Below are positions 26,225-40,467 of a stretch of DNA of 64,000 bases, in pieces. This DNA comes from Octopus sinensis (Eukaryota), in NCBI RefSeq assembly GCF_006345805.1, contig NC_043008.1, positions 9,672,001-9,736,000 of the forward strand. The letters are read 5' to 3'. Numbering within the stretch: position 1 is the first letter of the stretch; each line of letters opens with the position of its first letter. Below the pieces are notes generated by a model, which was not told where the DNA came from, did not search any database, and was given only the letters and a program-made list of their open reading frames with translations. The position numbers were made by a program, and so were the translations under genes.

Positions 26225-26568
26225 GGAGGCGTAACGACCCAGTGGTTAAGGCAGTGGACTCGCGGTTTCGATTCCCAGACCGAGTGTTTATTGAACGAAA
26301 ACACCTAAAGCTCAACGGGGCTCCGGCATGGGGTTGTGGCGAACCCTGCTGTACTCTTTCACCACAACTTTCTTTCACTCTTTCTTTCTGTTTCTGTTGT
26401 ACCTGTATTTCAAAGGTTCAGCCTTCTCACACACCATGTCCGCGAGAACTACGTTAAGGGTACACGTGTCAGTGGAGTGCTCAGCCACTTGCACGGTAAT
26501 TCCACGAGCAGGCTGTTCCGTTGATCGGATCAACTGGAACCCTCGTCGTCGTAACCGACGGAGTGCCA
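26225..26568 (+). mobile_element. SINE family C
   Basis: ggaggcgtaacgacccagtggttaagg...ggtttcgattccc...gtaaccgacggagtgcca; inserted in (TATG)n. Confidence 0.85.
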
Positions 26569-26681
26569 CGTATGTATGAATGTATTAAATTTCTGGAGTA
26601 CTTTCACTATATAAATCTGTTAGTCCTGTTCAAAACTAAAGGTTCTGATGAAATGCAGTTAGTCTGATATCATAAAAATCA

Positions 26682-27045
26682 TCTCTCTATATATAAACAG
26701 CAAAATGTGTGTCTGTGTCCTTTATACAAATCCACAATTTTTCAGTTAGAGGGCTCGCACTTTCTATGGTCATTCAAAACCGTCCAAGGGTGGTCGTGCA
26801 CATCTTTACATTTCCCCAGTCACACCGCAAAGCCATTTAAAAATCAATAGAAGTGATTTTTTTGTGAATTTTCTATCCAAAACCCAATCAAAATGCCTGA
26901 AACCTGATACGCCAATTGAATGCCAGCTAGCTGTATGTGATTGGTCGTAATTTGGACAGAACTCGCGTGTATGTGCGCACGCACACAGCTGTATATGCAT
27001 GCACTAGCACTATGACCCAGCGTTGCCGGGTCATAGTAGTGCTAG
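26682..27045 (+). mobile_element. Non-autonomous Helitron
   Basis: A|TC...CTAG|T; hairpin actatgacccagc-gtt-gccgggtcatagt; near-identical to 20961-21341. Confidence 0.85.
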
Positions 27046-28094
27046 TAAAAAATAATTTTGGTTTCAAATTTTGGCACAAGGCCAGTAATTTAAGAGGAGG
27101 TACCAAGTCGGTTACATTGAACTGGACCTTTTTTTACCGAGCCCCGAAAGTATGAAAGGCAGAGTTGAATGAAACTTGCTGAACGAATATCGTGAATGAA
27201 GCTTTGATGTGTAGTCCTGTCACCTTACCCACCCATGTCAGTTGAATACAGGTAAATTGTTTCACGTGGAAATTGTGGCATGTACTTAAAAGATATGGAT
27301 TGCTGGGCATCGATTTCCTAATTTAGAGCTGAATCTGTGTTCCAGTGTTGTCTGTAGCTGAGAATCCGCACAACTCCAATTAGAAAAAGCATTCCGAAAT
27401 ATGCCTTCATCTCTTCCGTTGATGTCATGAAGGTGGCGTAGCCTTGCTGATGTGTTTAAATTGTGCTTTCATCACTCGACCTGACAAAGATTTCTTCAGG
27501 GGAAAGTTGGAAAAATACTCAACGGTCTTTACTTCCAAGTTCAAAGGTTTTATAAGGCCCACATTACTAACGAAAGCATTGATGCAAGGATCACATGTTA
27601 TCACACCTGCTCAAAATCGATAAATGTCGATATGAATTCCATCTAGAATCACTTAAATCGCTGGTGTTTACGGATGATACTGACATATCAATGATTGTTT
27701 TCTCCAAGTCCAAAATCTCTTTCGTTAATTAAATTCTTAATGAATAATAATAAATAGTCATTACTAGTTAGATGTCTAACTCACTGTCGAATATATTAAC
27801 TGCCGCTATGCTCGGTGGAAGGAAAAATTCCGAGGAAATTTACTCAAAATTAAACCGCAAAATTCATGATGCTAACCAGAAGTCTTTTGGCTGGAGATTC
27901 TTTCTAAAGTGAAACTAAAATCTGTTTTTCACTCACAAGGGGGACTGATTACAACTTTTCAACCGCAAAAGATAACATTAAGCAAACTTACACTCTATCA
28001 ATTACGATGACGAGGGTTCCAGTTGATCCGAACAAGGAATACATACATACATACATACACACACATACATACAATAGATACATACATACATACA

Positions 28095-28128
<34 letters not shown>

Positions 28129-28164
28129 CATACATACACACATACATACATACATACATATCTG

Positions 28165-28386
28165 CGAGCTGGCAGAAACGTTAGCGCGCCGGGCGAAATG
28201 CTTAGCGGTATTTCGTCTGTCGTTACGTTCTGAGTTCAAATTCCGCCGAGGTCGACTTTGTCTTTCATCCTTTCGGGTCGATAAATAAAGTACCAGTTTC
28301 GCACTGGGGTCGATGTAATCGACTTAATCCCTTTGTCTGTCCTTGTTTGTCCCCTCTATGTTTAGCCCCTTGTGGGTAGTAATGAA

Positions 28387-28389
<3 letters not shown>
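28165..28389 (+). mobile_element. SINE family B (full length, Tx1-like tail)
   Basis: cgagctggcagaaacgttagc...gagttcaaattcc...agccccttgtgggtagtaatgaaata. Confidence 0.9.
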
Positions 28390-28420
<31 letters not shown>

Positions 28421-28486
28421 ATATGTACTGTATTGTTCCGTGATAGAAAATTGAACAAAAAGTACTGCATCTGTTTAGAGTAGAAT

Positions 28487-29047
28487 ATTGTTTATTTGAA
28501 GGGAACAATACATATATTTAAGTGCTACTAATAGTTTCATATGTTGAGAAATACTCAGACATATTCTTCGCAAACCACATATCGTAACGAACTAAAAAAA
28601 AAATTGAATAATAGAAGAAACGCGAAAAAATGAAAAGGCATCTTATAGAAAACGCAGAAAGTAAAAAAAAACGGAAAACGAAAAATCGAAGAACGCAGAT
28701 ACAAAAACTAAAATGTAAAAAATGAAAAAGTAAAAAGGTAAACGATCTATCCTCCTTAGACCGTAAATGATAAGGTTGGAAAGATATCAAGTTAGTCAGG
28801 AATAGACGGAATTTTCCAATTCTTCAAAATATATTGATACATATGGTTGCAACCGTTGCGTTTTGTATATGCTGCCTTCTTTTTTTCTTTCTTATCTTTT
28901 TAAGTGTTTCTTCTATTATTCAAATTTTTTTAGCTTGTTCTGAGATGCGTGGTTTGGTCCTGAAGAATATGTTTCAGTATTTCTCAACTTATGAAACTAT
29001 AAGTTGCGTTTAGATACATTTATTGTGCCCTTTAAGTAAATAAATAT
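28487..29047. mobile_element. Fold-back Penelope-like element with hammerhead motif
   Basis: Arms ~28487-28621 and ~28907-29047. Plus arm reads CTGAAGA(28960)-atatgtt...aacttat-GAAA(28993)-ctataag-tt. Confidence 0.7.
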
Positions 29048-29060
29048 CACACACACACAC

Positions 29061-29099
<39 letters not shown>

Positions 29100-29331
29100 G
29101 GTATGTAGAAAAATACAACATGGACAAGAACGTATAACTCTTAGAAGACGATACAATAAACACGGACAGGACATTCGAAACCCTCAGTCTTCAGTCAAGA
29201 TCATCGTAGTAATTTCGGCTGATTAATCTTGAGATTACTAGATCACGGCCAGCCCTCAAGAAAAACTAAGCAACGAGCATTAGAAAAACTAAGCTGGGAG
29301 CGTATATATATATATATTATATATATATATA

Positions 29332-29632
29332 TAACTTATAAATAAGGACAAACGAAAAAAATTTCTAATGCCAAATATGCCGAAAATTGGACATATTGTC
29401 CATTTACCATATAATTTTTTCCCAGTACGCACGCTACTCCGAAAAAGGTCGACAGAAGTCTCAAAAAAATCCATTATTACCATATTTTTTAGAAATTTTT
29501 TTAAAGATTTCTGTCGACCTATATTCGAGTAGCGTGCGTGCTGAAAAAAATTATATGGTAAATGGACAATATGTCCAATTTTCGGCATATTTGGCATTAG
29601 AAATTTTTTCGTTTGCCCTTATCTATAAGTTG
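29332..29632. mobile_element. Fold-back element with ~130-bp inverted arms next to (TA)n
   Basis: aacttataaataaggacaaacgaaaaaatttctaatgcc...gtcgacagaa and its reverse complement. Confidence 0.8.
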
Positions 29633-30399
29633 TTTATAATTTAACCTTTAAAGGTATTTTTTTAATATGCTGGCCATTGATAACATTTTTTTTTCGAAAA
29701 AATTCTATCCTACATTAGATATATATATATATATCCGTAAGCGTTTTCTATGTATATATGTATGCATGTATTACGTATGTATGTGTGTGTATGAGTGTAT
29801 GTGTGTGTGCCCGCGTGCGCAGCGTGTGTATAAATGCACACATATCTTTCCAGAAGGTTTTCTTTCACGATTGCCCTGATTTGCTCGAAACCCTAAATTT
29901 ATTTCGTATAAGATCATATTAATACCTATATCCATTGCTTCTATATCTCATCTGATGTATGTCGATGTATTTTTCAACAAAATTCTTGATATAACAATTA
30001 TTTGCTTGAGTCTGTAGTAGACTTTTCCTGCTTCAAATATGGATATAATAAAATTAGTAAATGATTAAAGCTGATGTAATGTGTTGCGAAGGGATAACAT
30101 AGGAATGAGATTGAGTTCGTTTTCTTATCTACTTCAAGCAATTCAAAGCACAAGATCTGTTTATCAGTTGAACAGATTAGTTTCCTCATAAGAAAAATGC
30201 ATCTCTTTCTTAATCAAACTTATATCAACAAGTAACATGATGCCGCTTACGTACCAACACACATTCACAAAGATATGTAGACGCCAGGTCGATAAATACG
30301 TCATATGTCGAATATATATGCACGCATACTTACATATCTATGTAAAGAGAATGAGAAAGAGAGAGCAATACCTACAGAGAGACTGACAGACAGACAGGC

Positions 30400-30439
30400 A
30401 AACAGACAGCAAGGCAGACAGAGAGACAGACAGACAGAG

Positions 30440-30481
<42 letters not shown>

Positions 30482-30553
30482 GTAGGTAGGTAGGTAGGTA
30501 GATAGGTAGATAGACAGACAGCTAAGTAGAAAGAAAGAAAATTAGATAGATAT

Positions 30554-30625
<72 letters not shown>

Positions 30626-30690
30626 CTAATAGGTAGGTAGGTAGGTAGGTAGGTAGGTAGGTAGGTAGGTAGGTAGGTGGGTAGATAGAC
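30400..30690. repeat. (GACA)/(GATA)/(GGTA)n compound microsatellite
   Basis: Direct reading. Confidence 0.9.
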
Positions 30691-30851
30691 AGAGAGAAAG
30701 ATTCGAATAAAGTCGTGTTTGACACGTTCAATTGTTATCAGCCGTGATAACACCTGACACTGCAAGAATATGTCCCGAGAGAAAATTCTGCATGTAGACA
30801 TTTTGCACACACACAAACACACACACACCCACACACACACACATATATATA

Positions 30852-30921
<70 letters not shown>

Positions 30922-31589
30922 TACATACGTAAATGTCGAACAATAAAAATGAGTGCTCGACACCGCATTGGTGGATATAATTTCTATATTTGTGAATTAA
31001 GGCTACCATTAGTTTCAAGCTAAGAAAAGTAGGAAAATATCCGAGTGTTTTAACAATTTTTCAAGCCGAACACATGAAGAAAGGCGTTCGCCTCCATTTT
31101 AGAAAACAGTCTCGTGTAACTCATGGGTGTTCTCGTGGATTCGCGTGAATGAAGGGACGTTACCCTTGTGTGGAATTTTTTGGATGTTTGTCTCCCTTGG
31201 GTTTGTTTTTTGGGAATTTCTTTTTTTGTGTGGTCAGTTTGTTGACATTATTTTGTTTTTGTTCTAGGCATGGTGTTCTTATACTTGTGTGCTGAGGTAG
31301 TTTGTCACTGGGGCATTTTTTCTTTGTGTGAGGTTTGTATACTATGTGTGTTCACGTTTAGGAGTGGAGTGCTTTACTGGTGGGATTACCGTTGCGGATA
31401 GTAGCTCTTCTTTGAAATATTTTAGTGTAATAAATATTGTTTGTGTATGTAGGGAGAGAAGGTTTCATCCCTGATGTTTATAATGTTATTTGTTGATTGT
31501 ATAATGTTTGGAATTCCATCATCTGTATTTTTTTAGCTTTAGCAATAATTTTCCAAGAAATTAACATTTTTACCATTAAGACTATTCTG

Positions 31590-31917
31590 CAGAGACCTAA
31601 ATAAGCGAAAATCCGAAGGAGCAATATTTGGTGAATATGGAGAGTGGGTGGTAACACATCTCAGCCGAGCTGCAGCAATTTTTGTCTGGTTCCCAAAGCA
31701 TCAAGTGCCGAAAATGAACTTTCTTATATTCCATTTTAAAGGGTTTACAGAATTAACACAGGTTATAGGTACATAAATCTTCTTCCACGAAAAGATAGCT
31801 TAAACTGTGCTCTAAATGGAGGTGTAGTCAAATCCTATTTTATGGACTCAACCATGTTCTAAAATAAGTCGAAAAGTAAGCTACTATAAATCGGCACGAA
31901 CTTTCCGGACAACCCAA
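31590..31917 (-). mobile_element. Internally deleted mariner relic with one TIR
   Basis: Ends cggcacgaactttccggacaacccaa, a mariner-like TIR (ttgggttgtccggaaagttcgtgccg). Confidence 0.5.
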
Positions 31918-32261
31918 CGCTTTTCTCTATTTCAAACTTTGTGGTTAGATATTTTGCTTCTATATAAATTGAATTATAAATAGATTTAGTTATATAAATA
32001 AATACGCAATAAACCTACACTCACACACACATATACACACTACACACACACACAAACATAATGATTCATGCAATGCGACATTTGTACACGCATACACGCA
32101 CAGAGAGGTGCGTATGCGTAAATATAGAAACCACCTTCCTTTCACACATGCGTATTCAGTAACCAAATATTAAAGAAAATAAAGACGTGATCAATCGATT
32201 TTCTTGAAAACTCAAATGGCTGTTGTTGTTGTTTTTGTTGTTGTTGCTGTTGTTGTTGTTG

Positions 32262-32301
<40 letters not shown>

Positions 32302-32656
32302 TGTAACCGTGTAGATACGCGTGTGATTATTTTGTTTCGTATAAAAACACAAGTCAATGATTTCTCAAGAGAAAACTTGTTGGAATGGAAAAAAAAAACA
32401 AAAAAAAACAGAAAGCAGCAAACTGATAGCAGAGATAGTCCACGACGCAATTCGAATACCCCCACTTACCCAAATAATCAATAAGGATCGTGATTGGGTG
32501 ATTGATATCTTAAAATATCTTTTACTTGATGACCATCTCTATACATATATATATATATATATATGGGAATGTCAAAGTAATTGACACACACACATATTTT
32601 TCTACATATATATATATGTATATTTATCAAAATAAAAACATAATGCAAAGGATTTA

Positions 32657-32743
32657 GCGGTACATATGTTTCGGGCCTTTATTAGACGGTTTATAACAAT
32701 GCATAATTGATGTAAATGTGTGTCTATAGCCTTCTTCAGCCGC
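32657..32743 (-). ncRNA. Type-I hammerhead ribozyme motif, canonical core, in a ~245-bp element (32628-32872) between (TA)n tracts
   Basis: gcgg-CTGAAGA-aggctatagac...gtctaataaaggccc-GAAA-catatg-TA-ccgc; palindromic helix III ACATATGT. Confidence 0.8.
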
Positions 32744-32899
32744 GTACAATTACTACTTCAAGGACATGTATTACATTATGAGTTTTACGTTGGGGTTGCA
32801 AATCCTGATAGTCGCGTACGACAGAGCGAGGCACCAGAACAAAATCAAAGCGCATTCGTTTTTCATTAATTTGTGTGTGGGTGTGTGTGTATATAGTAT

Positions 32900-32952
<53 letters not shown>

Positions 32953-32963
32953 ATATATAGATA

Positions 32964-33005
<42 letters not shown>

Positions 33006-33006
33006 C

Positions 33007-33058
<52 letters not shown>

Positions 33059-33153
33059 AATGATTAATATCAATTTCTACCCTTATTATTTAATTCATAT
33101 TATATATATATATATATATATGTGTGTTGTGTGTGGTGTGTGTGTGTGTGCGC

Positions 33154-33184
<31 letters not shown>

Positions 33185-33955
33185 TGTGTGTGTGTTTTAT
33201 TATCCTCCATTACGTTTTTGTTCCATTTTTATATTCATATACACATACAGTGGCGTACGTACACACTTGTGCTCACCTTATAGTAAGTATCTAAATTTTG
33301 TACGACTCTTACACTCTATCTTTTAGTCACCCTCATAATTTCCTCTTTTCTTTTTCTCGCTCTCTCTCTCTCTCTCTCTCTCATTTCTTGGCCTTCTTTT
33401 TCTTCAACTCCCACTTTTCCTCCTCCTTTATCTCCCTTGTACCTTTCCCTTTGTCTCTTTGATTTTTTTGCTAATCCTTCAACCCCGCTGCCTCCAAACC
33501 ATTATCTCCTCCTTCCACGTGACCGGTGTCCGACCAGCCACGAACTTTCTTTCTTGTCCTGACTGCCGAAGCCAACAACACCTCTTATGTCCATCTCCTA
33601 TGTTCTTGCCTTTGGGCTTTCACTTCATACACGCCAACTCAATTTGATTCGTTCTCAGTCGAAAGACACCTGTTGTTATATTCTTGTTGTTTGTATTTGC
33701 AATTGTGCATCATGCTCTCCACTTTTTTGTCTTTGTTGCCGTGACACATTCGCTAGCTTTCTTACAAAAAATCTAAAGCTCTTACCTTAGACTTTTATGA
33801 GTGCAGCCTGATCGAACTGTCTCCAGTGTAACTCCTTGAAATAGTAACTTGACTGAAGAAAGAAGGCCACGAATGAACCGTCCTAATTGTTTTTTCTCGT
33901 GTCCGCATTTGTATCATCTATCTGTTTCAATGTTTCATTGTCCTATATATATATA

Positions 33956-34037
<82 letters not shown>

Positions 34038-34884
34038 TATATATATACATACATACATACATGCATACATACATACATATATATATATATATTCTTTTAT
34101 TTGTTTCAGTCATTTGACTGCGGCCATGCCGGACCACCGCCTTTAGATGATGATGATGATGGTGATAATGATGATGATGATGATGATGATGATGAGGAGG
34201 AGGAGGAGGAGGAGGAGGAGAAAGTTGACTATTATGATATTGGTAACTTTGACTTGTTTTTTGATTACGTGACTTCCCCTCCCCACATGAACTTTTACGT
34301 GAATCGTGTGTGTGTTTATGTAGGTATTTATGTATGTGTGTATATTTCTTCATATTTGTATATGCATTTACAACTAAGCATGTGAATGTGACTGAGCACA
34401 TGTTTGTGTTTGTGTGTGTGTGTGTGAGTGTCTCTGTGTGTATATATGAGCATACAGTAAAGCATGAATGATGAATGTTAATTAAAAAGCTATTACTCTC
34501 TTCTTATTACAAGTCATGTGATATGATTCCCGGTAATCACCAATCAATACAATGAAATTATAAGAATCCGTAAAATATTCTGTTCCAATGCTACGGAATC
34601 AAATAATTAACCTTTATCCCGTCACAACTAATAACTTCTGCCGTCAACTCAAGGTTATGTATTTAGTAGTATTTGCTTAGATCGAGCATAGGACAAGTCT
34701 ACCAAGTTCGCTTAACATGCTGCGCTGCGCTGGAGAAACATTTAAGACATCGATTTGATTCTGGCTGAGCTGCAAACAACAAAAAGGAGACACTCAGAAA
34801 AATTTGCATGTATAGAACTCTGCACGTGATTTGTCACATGTGATTGTCGGAATATCTCGGAGTTGCCTTTCAGTGAGTAAATTC

Positions 34885-35285
34885 TCTTCTACTCTAGGCA
34901 TAAGTCCCGAAGTTTTGGGAAAGGGAGCCAGTCGATTAGATGTACTTAATTTATCGACCCCAAAAGGATGAAAGGCAAAGTCAACCTCGGTGGAATTTGA
35001 ACTCAGAACGTAAAGACAAACGAAATACCTCTAAGCATTTCGCCCGGCCTGCTAACGTTTCTTATTCTTTTATTGTCTACAAGGAGCTAAAAATAGAGGG
35101 GACAAACGAAGGTAGTAAGTTGATTACATCGAAGTCAGTGCGTAACTGGTACTTAATTTATCGACCCCGAAAGGATGAAAAGGCAAAGTCGATCTCGGCG
35201 GAATTTGAACTCAGAACGTAACGGCAGACGAAATACGGCTACGCAATTCGTCTGGCTTGCTAACGATTCTGCCAGCTCGCCGCCT
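34885..35285 (-). mobile_element. Tandem SINE family B copies
   Basis: Two family B bodies carrying the two alternative tails. Confidence 0.8.
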
Positions 35286-36854
35286 TAAAGTCAAGTGACT
35301 GCTTCTTATTATATCTACTCCATCTGGTGTACAAATAACACGATCTGGATTTATTTGATGTTATAACAAAGAGGAATAGAAGTCGATACTGTAATATAAT
35401 TCAGCAGCGTTTTAGTGGTTTTGCTATTTCACTGCCTTTTCAACTTCGAAATATTTATTGCATTCTTTAGTTGGAAATGAGATGTCTCGACATCTCATTC
35501 CAAGCTCTCAGCAGTTATAATTAGATCGCTACAAGGGTTAGCTGTGAGACAATATATTTTAAATTGTTCGCCAGAAATAATTATTGTATTAGTTAAAGTA
35601 TTACTGTGTAGTTACAATTATTCATAAATTCAATTAGAAATAGATTACCTGAGCCGTTGAGATTTCGCTATCTTGGCCATGGATATAGTGCCGTGTCAGC
35701 GATAGCCCAGCTCTCTCATTAAATCGACCAGCAATACGGTTTGTTGAGAGAGACGCAAGGCAGATTATAAATAATTATCCCACGACACTCAGATAATAAA
35801 TTTTATGATGAAAGTTCTGTATCTAATAAATGATTAAAGCCTATCGATTCCTGAAAATCGAAGTCTGGGAATTGTGTTGGGCATTAGAGAACTAAGATAA
35901 ATGCCTACCAGCAGGTTTGCTGGGAGCTAACTACTCACGCTACCATGCTCGTCACAAAGCGGATAATTAACAAAGAATTATGAGTGAGTCACTTCGGAAG
36001 TTATTTGCTGCTGGTTTTCATTATCCATTATTAAAGAATCACCGAAAGCAAACAAATATCAGAAGAAAATCAGATCGATATAAAACCAATATGTACTTCT
36101 GAAATCGTTTGAAATACACATTAAGAGTTCTAGGACTGTCAGTAAGATACATAAAGGTCATAAGTAAGACGGACATCGAAGGTATCGGATATAACTAATA
36201 TAAGGCTTTAGGAACATTATTCAAATAAATATTTTAATTACAATTTGCTAGTCATTCATGTCTGCCATAAAACACAGGTAACACATGTTTGCTTGTGTTA
36301 AATTATTCTGCTGCAACTGAAATCACAAAAACTACCCTATTTAAGGAAGCTGTTGGTTTCATCAGAGATTTTAATGATGTCAATTCGACTCTCAGATATT
36401 CCTTGAAAATATTCTTACTTGTCAGTCGATTATTAATTTTAATGCTTACTTATTATAGGCCGTTCCTTTTATCTGTTATAAGCACTGTACTGATGCCAAA
36501 AGTCTGGGATATCGATTCCCTTTCGCAACATTATTGGTGATAATAACGAAGTCTTATAATTATCAACTAGTCACTTTCTTCAGTTAGATTTTGGCCTCTA
36601 AGAGAAAACAGTCATCGTCAGTAAAGCGGTTTCGATCCCCAACAGCAGCCATTTCCATGAGGTAACATTGAACAATACTTTTAGCATTTGAGGTAAACAG
36701 GGATGACGGACCTGGTCGATACAAGGATCTGCACTGGACACTTTATCATAGATCCAACATATATGACATTCAATAAATATTTAGGTTCTCTTGAAGCCAG
36801 TTTCGCTTTATGAACATTTAAAATTATGACTTTTCATATTTTATTTATCATATC

Positions 36855-37836
36855 GGTTTAAAATTTTGGCGCAAAGTCAGCAATTTTGGGGAGAGAAGTG
36901 GTAGGGGGGATAAATCGATTACAACAACCCAGTGCTCAATTGGTACTTATTTTATCGATCACGAAGGATGAAAGGCAAAGTCGACCTCGGCGAAATTTGA
37001 ATTCAGAACGTAAAGACGGACGAAATGCTGCTCAGCATTTTGTCCGGCGCGGTAACAATTCTTTTCCACTATAGGCACAAGGCCTGCAATTTGAGGGAGG
37101 GGATAGTCGATTTCATCGACCCCAGTGCGTAACTGGTACTTTTTTCATTGACTCCGAAAGGATGAAAGGCAACTAAAGGCAGCTCGGTCCGGGAACCAAA
37201 CTCCCTACTTTATGATTATGAGCCCGACGCTCTAACCACTGTGCCACGCACCATCACTAACGTAAATATTGGAAAGTACAAACAACAGAAGTAAAATGTT
37301 TCGAACTTTTCGACTTCATCGCATTCATATCACGGTCGAAATCTTCTCGTTTTAACTTACTTCCTTTCTAGAGATCAATCAGCTAACGATAGTAATACAC
37401 AGGGAAAACAATCTAGTCATATTTTACCTATTTCTTTATTACCCACAAGGGGCTAAACACAGAGGAGACAAACAAGGACAGATAAACGGATGAAGTCGAT
37501 TAGATCGACCCCCGTGCGTAACTGGTACTTATTTAATCTACCCCGAAAAGATGAAAGGCAAAGTCGACCTCGGCGGAATTTGAACTCAGAACGTAACGGC
37601 AGACGAAATACCTATTTCTTTACTACCCACAAGGGGCTAAACACAGAGAGGACAAACAAGAATATACACACTGATTAAGACGATTATATCGGCCCCAGTG
37701 CGTAACTGGTACTTATTCAATCGACTCCGAAAGGATGAAAGGCAAAGTCGACCTCGGCGGAATTTGAACTCAGAACGTAACGGCAGACGAAATACGGCCA
37801 CGCATTTCGCCCGGCGTGCTAATGATTCTACCAGCC
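36855..37836 (-). mobile_element. Cluster of SINE family B copies (36855-37170 and tandem 37428-37836)
   Basis: Repeated gaaaggcaaagtcgacctcggcggaatttgaactcagaacgtaa. Confidence 0.85.
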
Positions 37837-38337
37837 CACCTTTCCTTTTCTAGTCATATTCTATCAAAACAATCACCCACTCCTCACGCACACACACACA
37901 CACACCAAACAAGTCATGTGACTTGCCAAATAGAAAAAAAAATATTTAGTTGAAGTCATTGACAAGTGACACCTTTACTGTATCTTTACATGCAAGAATC
38001 AAAAGATAGAAATCTCCAGCTTCATTACAAACCACGCAAAATTAAAAATTAAACTTGATAAAATATAATTTCTGACATGAAAAGTGTAGCAAGTATCGAT
38101 ACAAAATTTAAACATTACTTATTGATTCTATCTAATATCAGTTAATGAATATTCATAAATTTAATTTTCCTCTTCTTTTTTTCTTTATTAATCATCTTAA
38201 CTTATTTAAATTCTATCTTTTAATTTCCCAATGTTTTCTTTTGGTTTTCTTGTTGTTTTGGTGTATATTTGTTTATAAATTTTGCTAATATATTAATGTA
38301 TCTGTTTTGGGGGTTGTATGATTGCATACATACATAT

Positions 38338-38371
<34 letters not shown>

Positions 38372-38521
38372 CGCACACATACACAAATAGGCGCACGTGC
38401 GCACACAGTACACATACACACACACATACATACATATATATACATACATAGATAACTACATATATGCATAATGTATACACACAAGTATATATATATATAT
38501 ATGTGGGTGTATATATGTATG

Positions 38522-38600
<79 letters not shown>

Positions 38601-38683
38601 GAGACAGAGAAATAGAGAGAGAGAGAGAAAGAGAGAGAAAGACAGAGAGAGAAAGACAGAGAGAAAGACAGGGAGAAAGACAA

Positions 38684-38714
<31 letters not shown>

Positions 38715-39407
38715 GAGGAGGAGGAGGAGGAAATATACAGACTCGCACTTGATGAATTTGCAAGTGAAGAATGAAAAAGAACTTTTAGTTTCATACGCAT
38801 TTTTTTTTCTTTTAAAGATGATTGATAAATAGCTTTCATCTTCAAATATAATTAATTGGTTATGATGATGAGGATGAGAGGGTGAGAAGGGGGAGGAGGA
38901 GGAGGAGGAGGAGGAGGAGGGAGGGGAGGGGAGGAGGAAGGGAGGAGGGGAGGAGGAGGAGGAGGTGTAGGAGGAGGGTCGCAGCAGCATCATCATCAGC
39001 AGCAAGAACATCATAATAACATAAAGCCGAGTTTTGAATATAAAAAAATATTTGTATAATTTGTGTTTACTGATAACCCTGAACTTAATCCAAGAGGAAC
39101 GTCTGAGAGCCATTCGGATTCCATAAATTTACCAATTAACTGCGCCAGATAATAACAGCATCAGCTGAATGCTTTTGTTTTCACATACAACTGCACACAA
39201 ACACAAACACATTATTTCTGTTAGCTTGGCATAATTGTTAGAATTGGTCCAGAACCGTTACATTTCTGAGTTCAAAGCCTGCTGAACTCTCTTCCGTACT
39301 TCGTTATTGTAGAGTCGATAAGCTAACGTACCAGTTAATTACTGGGATCCATGTAATCAACTAATTCGCTTCCCTAAAATTGCTGGCCAAAATTATTATT
39401 ATTATTA

Positions 39408-39439
<32 letters not shown>

Positions 39440-39455
39440 TATTATTATTATTATT

Positions 39456-40260
39456 CAGTAGTTTTATTTTTATAGCGTGCTTTCACTTTACTACCGAGCG
39501 CAGCTCTGTGTGCCTTAGGTATGTGCTGTGGTTTGCTGTGATGCTCTTATGGTTACTGAATTGAAAGTGTTTTGCATAGGATGTGTGCAGTGCCTAGTAG
39601 TGCAATTTTCTGTATGTTATATATCTTCTTGTTATGTATTTGAATATTTTTTATCATACCTAATGTTTCTGTTTTTAGATTCCACATTCGAGTTAGCTCC
39701 ATTTCCAGGTCTTTGTATTTTGAAAGTTTCTCCATTTAAAGAAACGTTGTTGTCTGCTGGTATTGATACATCAGTTAGAAAGCATTTTTTCTTCATGATC
39801 TCTGACAACTATATCTGGTCTATTAGCCTTAATTTCTCTGTCTGTCTGTATTAGCATATCCCAGAGTATGGCTGCTTTCTCGTTTTCTGTAACCTTTTCT
39901 GGCATGTGCCTATACCATCTTTTTTCTGTTGTTATTCCATAGTGTTGGCATAGCTTCCAGTGTATGTAGGCCCCCACTCTGTCGTGTCTGTGAATATATT
40001 CCTTCTTAGCCTCTGGGCAGGAAGAGATAATATGATTTATTGTTTCTTGTCCATCACATATTCTGCAGTTACTTGTTATGTTTCTCTTCATTATACGTTT
40101 TTGGTAATTTCTGGTGGGGAGTCTTTGGTCTTGTGCTGCAATAAAAAATTCTTCAGTCTCTGCTTTGAGTCCTGAGCTCCTCAACCATTGCTGGGATTTT
40201 TCTCTGTCTATTTCTTTTGCATTTAGTTTAGCCCAGTATTTGCCATGAAGGGGCTTTTCT
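39456..40260 (-). mobile_element. 5'-truncated R4/Dong-like non-LTR retrotransposon (CCHC finger + RLE endonuclease + 3' UTR) abutting (TAA)n
   Basis: KPLHGKY...LKAETE..IAAQDQ..TRNY...CRIC..ETINHIISSCP...RHDRV...ILWD..IQTDREIKANRPDIVV...EKLSKYKDL; frameshifted. The 3' end joins (TAA)n at 39391-39455. Confidence 0.9.
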
Positions 40261-40261
40261 A

Positions 40262-40464
40262 GCGTTGGTCTAATAGGGAAAAGCAGGAAAGTCCAAAGGG
40301 AAGGAGGACGAAGCAAGAAATAAATCGCCAATAGTCCACATGCTGTTACATTCTTGAAGTGCTTCTTCTTTCTTCCCTTTGGAATTTCCTGTTTTTCCTG
40401 TTTCCGAAGAAGAGCTATGCTCGAAACGTAAATTAACTACTCTTTTCCTTCTCCGAGCGTCCAA
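40262..40464 (+). mobile_element. Penelope-like short element with hammerhead-like motif
   Basis: tt-CCGAAGA(40404)-agagc-tat-gctc-GAAA-cg-TA-aa; followed by ...gagcgtcca as in the 13108 copy. Confidence 0.6.
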
Positions 40465-40467
40465 TTT

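Noticed and set aside
32470-32538. Possible 69-nt minus-strand exon ending in GTAAGT
   Set aside because: The acceptor lies in (TA)n with no pyrimidine tract, and its phase does not fit the candidate exon at 24582.
35640-36560. Possible decayed hAT transposase (RYLGHGYSAVSA; KIFLLVSRLLIL), and a similar hint at 3100-3350
   Set aside because: Similarity is too faint to support by eye; needs BLASTX.
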